From: Bdellovibrionota bacterium
Lineage (GTDB): Bacteria > Bdellovibrionota_C > UBA2361 > JBIKWN01
DNA: 19,825 nt
Direction of reading: 5' to 3'
NCBI GenBank assembly: GCA_044356295.1
Contig: JBIKWN010000047.1
Location: 1 to 19,825 of the forward strand
Positions 15,576 through 19,825 of the stretch are shown piece after piece; positions within the stretch are counted from its first letter, which is position 1; every line of letters starts with the position of its first letter. The notes beneath the pieces are model-generated. The model searched no databases, was not told where the DNA came from, and saw only the letters and a list, made by a program, of their open reading frames with translations. The position numbers and the translations under genes are program-made.

Positions 15576-16938
15576 AAATTTTAAAACCATTCTTGTAGTT
15601 GATGATGATGCTTCGATTCGTAAATCGCTGCAGGGTGTGCTTTTAGATGAAGGCTATCTTGTTACTGAGGCGAGTAATGGACTTGATGCACTTTCATTAA
15701 TAGAAACTGCGACTCCTGATGCTGTCCTATTAGATATATGGATGCCGGGTCTTGATGGTTTGGAAACTCTTGAAAAAATTAAGAAATCATACCCCGATCT
15801 TCCCGTAATTATGATAAGTGGACATGCAACGATCGCAACTGCAGTAAAAGCAACACGTATGGGTGCTAATGATTTTATTGAAAAGCCAGTTGATCTTGAA
15901 GCGGTACTCCTTGTTCTTGAAAAAGCTGTAAAGCGAATTCCATCTTCGTTACAAGATGATAAACTCAAAAATAACTCTATCTTACATGAAGAGATTGATT
16001 CTGAGTTAACTCAAGTTTCGAGCGAAACTAAAACCCACATCACACCGATTGTTTTTACAAAAAAAGCATTACTCGGCGATAGCATACAACAAAAAACACT
16101 TTCTAAAGCTGCAATATTATATGGCTTAGGCCTTCATTCAGGTAAGAAAAGTGGGCTTGTTCTTGAGCCATTGCCTGCAAATTCAGGAATTCATTTTGTT
16201 GGTGTTTCAGAAAAAACAATTGTCCCAGCTCATGTTGCCTATGTTGAATCAACTGGATGGGCTACTACTTTAAAGTTAGGAGATACTCAAGTTGCCACTA
16301 TTGAACATCTTATGTCAGCGCTTCATGCTTACGGAATCAGTAATCTTTTAATAAAATGTAATGGAGAAGTCCCAGTATTTGACGGTTCGGCTAAGGAGTT
16401 TTGTAATGTTATCGAGGGTACCGGTATTGAAACCCAGTTAGAGGCATCTCAGAGCGACTGGAGGGAAATAGTAATCCGTGAGCCAATAAAATTTCAAAAA
16501 GAAAAGGGAGAGTACATTGAGCTAGTTCCTGCAGATACTTTTTCAATTGATTATACACTGAAGTATCCAGCACCACTTAATACCCAGGAATTTTCATTTA
16601 CACTTTCTGATTCTGAAACGTATAAAAATGAAATCGCACCTGCTCGAACTTTTGGCTTTGTTAAAGATATTAGCTATCTTCAGAAACAAGGCTTAGCGCT
16701 TGGTGGACGTTTCGATAACTTCTGTTTAATTGCTGATTCAGGTCCAATTAATACAAACTTCCGATTCGACAACGAACCGGTCCGCCACAAGATTCTTGAT
16801 GCTATCGGCGACCTTTATCTATTAGGTCGTAAAATTCGTGGTAAAGTAAATGCGATGATGACAGGTCACTCTGATAATATTGAAATTCTTCGACTCGTTC
16901 TACAAAAAATGGATGATGAACTATCATCAAGGAAATAA
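15565..16938 (+). CDS. lpxC: Fusion protein: N-terminal response-regulator receiver domain + UDP-3-O-acyl-N-acetylglucosamine deacetylase
   Basis: REC: ILVVDDD...VLLDIWMPGLDG...VIMISGHA...DFIEKP (about 15580-15930). LpxC from about 16090: QKTL....GLGLHSG, TIEHLMSAL, EVPVFDGSA, IAPARTFGF, RFDNEPVRHKILDAIGDL, GHSDN. One continuous frame; ATG 15565 (MTTENF) is the likely start. Confidence 0.93.
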   Translation: MTTENFKTILVVDDDASIRKSLQGVLLDEGYLVTEASNGLDALSLIETATPDAVLLDIWMPGLDGLETLEKIKKSYPDLPVIMISGHATIATAVKATRMGANDFIEKPVDLEAVLLVLEKAVKRIPSSLQDDKLKNNSILHEEIDSELTQVSSETKTHITPIVFTKKALLGDSIQQKTLSKAAILYGLGLHSGKKSGLVLEPLPANSGIHFVGVSEKTIVPAHVAYVESTGWATTLKLGDTQVATIEHLMSALHAYGISNLLIKCNGEVPVFDGSAKEFCNVIEGTGIETQLEASQSDWREIVIREPIKFQKEKGEYIELVPADTFSIDYTLKYPAPLNTQEFSFTLSDSETYKNEIAPARTFGFVKDISYLQKQGLALGGRFDNFCLIADSGPINTNFRFDNEPVRHKILDAIGDLYLLGRKIRGKVNAMMTGHSDNIEILRLVLQKMDDELSSRK

Positions 16939-16941
16939 TTG

Positions 16942-18009
16942 ATGTTCCCAAAAATACGCATTATAGCAATCGTTCTCATTCTACTGATTGGATGCAATAA
17001 ACCAACTGACAAAAACCAGATCTCAATCGGAGCTATTGCAAGTCTTTCCGGCGCTGCAGGTGAGCAGGGTAAGAACTGGGTACAAGGTGCCGAACTTGCA
17101 ATTCATCAAGCAAACAGTAATGGCGCAAACGATAAAACTTTTGCTCTTATCGTTGAAGATGATCAGACTCAACCTGCAAAAGTGGTGGCAGCGATGTCAA
17201 AACTTGCACAAGTAAACCAAGTAGTCGGTGTCATTGGAGGCACATGGGATTTTTTAGGAGAAGCTGCCTATCCACTCGCCGAGAAATTCAAGATTCCTTT
17301 TATTACTCCCTCAAACCCAGTTGAAGTCATAAGCAGCGCTGCCAAGTCTTCTGGATATGTTTTCTCGACCGGAATGTCACTTGCGGCTATGAAAAATGCC
17401 TTATCTGACTTTATTGATTCAGAGAATATCAAAGGTCGCTTTACGGGGAATATTGCTATTGTATTTCCAGACCTTCCCTTTGGTACAAGACAAGCAGAAA
17501 TGGTCCGAGAGGTCATTAAAGAAAAAAAACTTTTGCTCTCATTTGAATATGCTTTTCCACCTGCCAGTTTAATGTCTGATACGGTAAAACTTGCGGCTCA
17601 AAAAATACTTACCGAGAAGCCGGACCTAACCTATATGGTCATTGACTATAATGGTTTAGATCTGGTTACTAAAGAATTCACAGCCCAAAAAATTCAACCG
17701 AAAGTGATGACAACGCAGCATCTCGATCAAGCTTTTTCTTTCTCAAAGGATCCGAGCCGATACAAAAATATATTTGCGCTGTACCCGTTAGCACCATCTT
17801 TAGGGTTTGAAGAAGCCTATCAAGATTATTTTAAAACTCCTCCAAGAGTATATGGATATGAGGGATATCTTGCTGCAAATTTTTTAATTAACGTAGCTAA
17901 GGGTGTTTATACATTACCGAAAGATACGCAGCAGCTCCTTTCAGATGGTCAAATGGAGTCTAAAGCTCGAATTATGACTACAGATAGTGGACAGTTCTTG
18001 CCTTACTAA
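16942..18009 (+). CDS. ABC-type branched-chain amino acid-like (LivJ/Peripla_BP_6 family) substrate-binding lipoprotein
   Basis: Signal peptide with lipobox LLIGC; ISIGAIASLSGAAGEQG..GAELAI...LIVEDDQTQPAK...VIGG...KIPFITPS pattern of type I periplasmic binding proteins. Confidence 0.82.
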   Translation: MFPKIRIIAIVLILLIGCNKPTDKNQISIGAIASLSGAAGEQGKNWVQGAELAIHQANSNGANDKTFALIVEDDQTQPAKVVAAMSKLAQVNQVVGVIGGTWDFLGEAAYPLAEKFKIPFITPSNPVEVISSAAKSSGYVFSTGMSLAAMKNALSDFIDSENIKGRFTGNIAIVFPDLPFGTRQAEMVREVIKEKKLLLSFEYAFPPASLMSDTVKLAAQKILTEKPDLTYMVIDYNGLDLVTKEFTAQKIQPKVMTTQHLDQAFSFSKDPSRYKNIFALYPLAPSLGFEEAYQDYFKTPPRVYGYEGYLAANFLINVAKGVYTLPKDTQQLLSDGQMESKARIMTTDSGQFLPY

Positions 18010-18058
18010 ATAATGTATTACGTTGTACTTTTTTTTTCAGGTACGATGAGAGTTAATA

Positions 18059-19273
18059 ATGAAACCACTTGCTGAAAAGTTACGACCATTAACTGCAGAT
18101 CAATTTTTTGCTGATCCTGCTCTTGCGCAGACGTTGAAACCATTTATAGAGGGACAGTATATTGCTTCTCTTCTCTTATGGGGTCCTCCAGGATGTGGAA
18201 AGACTACTCTGGCAAGAATTATTGGTGCAAAAAATAAAAGTAAATTTACTTTCGTAGAGCTTTCAGCCGTAATGAGCGGCGTAAAGGATATCAAGGAACT
18301 AGCAGAAGCTGCGAAAGATAACCCAATCATTTTGTTTCTTGATGAAATCCACCGATTTAATAAATCACAACAAGATTCATTACTGCCCCATGTTGAAAAT
18401 GGATCGATAATCTTAATCGGAGCGACGACTGAAAACCCAAGCTTTCAAGTGATTGCGCCACTTTTGTCTCGATGTCGTGTGGTTGTTTTGCCAGAGCTAA
18501 GTAATTCGTCACTCGAAAAAATCATAGAACGTGCATCAGAAGTATTACAGATATCAATTCCCGAACAGCTCTCATCCCAACTCATGAAAGCATCGCAAGG
18601 TGATGCAAGAAAATTATGCACCATTCTTGACCATCTGTATCAATCAAATAACGTAACTCTTGATGGACTTTCTCGCTATTTCACTGAAACAATTCCTTAC
18701 GACAAATCTGGTGACCAACATTATGACTTTGCTTCAGCGATGATTAAGAGCATACGTGGGTCGGATCCAGATGCAGCGCTCTTTTACGCATTTAAAATGA
18801 TTGAAGCAGGAGAAGACCCAAGATTTATTTTCCGAAGACTTATTATTTCAGCCAGCGAAGATGTCGGAAACGCTGATCCCAATGCCCTTCGGCTTGCAGT
18901 TGCAGGAGCTGAAGCATTTGATCGAATTGGATTACCAGAAGGAAGGATCCCATTAGCCCAAGTGATTACCTATCTAGCGTCTGCTCCAAAATCAAATCGT
19001 TCATATATTGCGATGCACCGAGTCATTGCTTCAATTAAAAAAAATCCAGCTGCAGTGCCTCCATTACACCTTAGAAATGCACCAACTGGACTTATGAAGA
19101 ACCTCGGACATGGCAAAGACTATCAATATACTCACGACCTACCTGGAGCATATGCTGCTGATGTTCGCTATCTTCCAGATGAAGTACAAGATGCGCCATT
19201 TTACGAACCAAGTAACTACGGGATTGAGAGTAAAATTAAAGAAAGGTTCGCTTTGCTTCGTAAAAAAAATTAA
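18059..19273 (+). CDS. rarA: Replication-associated recombination protein A (MgsA/RarA AAA+ ATPase)
   Basis: [89 protein letters not shown]. Confidence 0.97.
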   Translation: MKPLAEKLRPLTADQFFADPALAQTLKPFIEGQYIASLLLWGPPGCGKTTLARIIGAKNKSKFTFVELSAVMSGVKDIKELAEAAKDNPIILFLDEIHRFNKSQQDSLLPHVENGSIILIGATTENPSFQVIAPLLSRCRVVVLPELSNSSLEKIIERASEVLQISIPEQLSSQLMKASQGDARKLCTILDHLYQSNNVTLDGLSRYFTETIPYDKSGDQHYDFASAMIKSIRGSDPDAALFYAFKMIEAGEDPRFIFRRLIISASEDVGNADPNALRLAVAGAEAFDRIGLPEGRIPLAQVITYLASAPKSNRSYIAMHRVIASIKKNPAAVPPLHLRNAPTGLMKNLGHGKDYQYTHDLPGAYAADVRYLPDEVQDAPFYEPSNYGIESKIKERFALLRKKN

Positions 19274-19746
19274 AAGTCATTTTTGTTTATAGAATTAGAC
19301 AAACGACCAGGTAACGTATCAACAAGATAATCAAATGCACTTGCCCCAACTTTTGTTCCTATAAAGTATCCAAGTGCCCCTCCTGCTAAACCGATAGGTC
19401 CAAGTGTGACTCCTAATGTAAGCAGCGCTAACCCACCAAGAGCAAGACCACTTACTTGAGTTGTTGTATACTTAGCAATCTCTTTTCTTGAAGTAGTCAG
19501 ATGAGTATCGTTATTTGCTTCATCATATTCTATTGCATTGCCTATACGTCCCAGGCCACCAAAAAGCTCAATATTTGAAAGTGTTTTATTTACAAAGGAT
19601 CTGTTTTCAGTCGTCGTATCAAATCTATCAGAAAATTGTTTGAAATCATCAAGAATTGGTTGTGCAATTAAATCAAGTCTCTCATTCAAAGGATCGCTGT
19701 AAGGCGAGGAATATAGGGAAGAATTTTGTTGGATTTTATCTGTCAT
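19270..19746 (-). CDS. Hypothetical membrane protein with C-terminal glycine-zipper hydrophobic hairpin
   Basis: 158-aa ORF, ATG start, convergent with rarA (4-nt TTAA overlap); VSGLALGGLALLTLGVTLGPIGLAGGALGYFIGTKVG. Confidence 0.65.
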   Translation of the reverse strand: MTDKIQQNSSLYSSPYSDPLNERLDLIAQPILDDFKQFSDRFDTTTENRSFVNKTLSNIELFGGLGRIGNAIEYDEANNDTHLTTSRKEIAKYTTTQVSGLALGGLALLTLGVTLGPIGLAGGALGYFIGTKVGASAFDYLVDTLPGRLSNSINKNDF

Positions 19747-19825
19747 AAATTATGAATCGAACAAAAAGTAATCTAAGTTTCCTGTTAAATTTGGTAACGC
19801 GAAGGTCGCGAAGTAAGCGAAGGAT

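Noticed and set aside
18010..18058. Intrinsic terminator before rarA (long T run near 18028)
   Set aside because: No convincing GC-rich stem precedes the T tract.

Overview
A bacterial chromosomal window, AT-rich (roughly 38-40% GC by eye), from a Gram-negative organism. The IHF-beta, NtrX-type receiver and LpxC styles suggest a deltaproteobacteria/Bdellovibrionota-like lineage (inference only). Left part (1-3911): the 5' end of a GT-C/ArnT-like membrane glycosyltransferase, a protein with a C-terminal CHAP/NlpC-P60-like Cys-His domain, ihfB with IHF consensus sites in its promoter, two small hypothetical genes, a nested inverted-repeat intergenic element (about 2954-3147), and a catalytically degenerate YjeF_N/NnrE-like gene. 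Then a long + strand run: asd, truA, a divergent sigma70-family factor, rimP-nusA-ylxR-infB-rbfA-nrnA-truB, purA, a receiver-domain/LpxC fusion, an orphan LivJ-like lipoprotein and rarA, met by a convergent glycine-zipper membrane protein. The most notable items are the phosphorylatable REC-LpxC fusion (candidate direct two-component control of lipid A synthesis), the nested hairpin element, the degenerate YjeF_N protein and the sigma factor with altered DNA-recognition residues. No rRNA, tRNA, CRISPR array, transposase or reverse transcriptase was seen.
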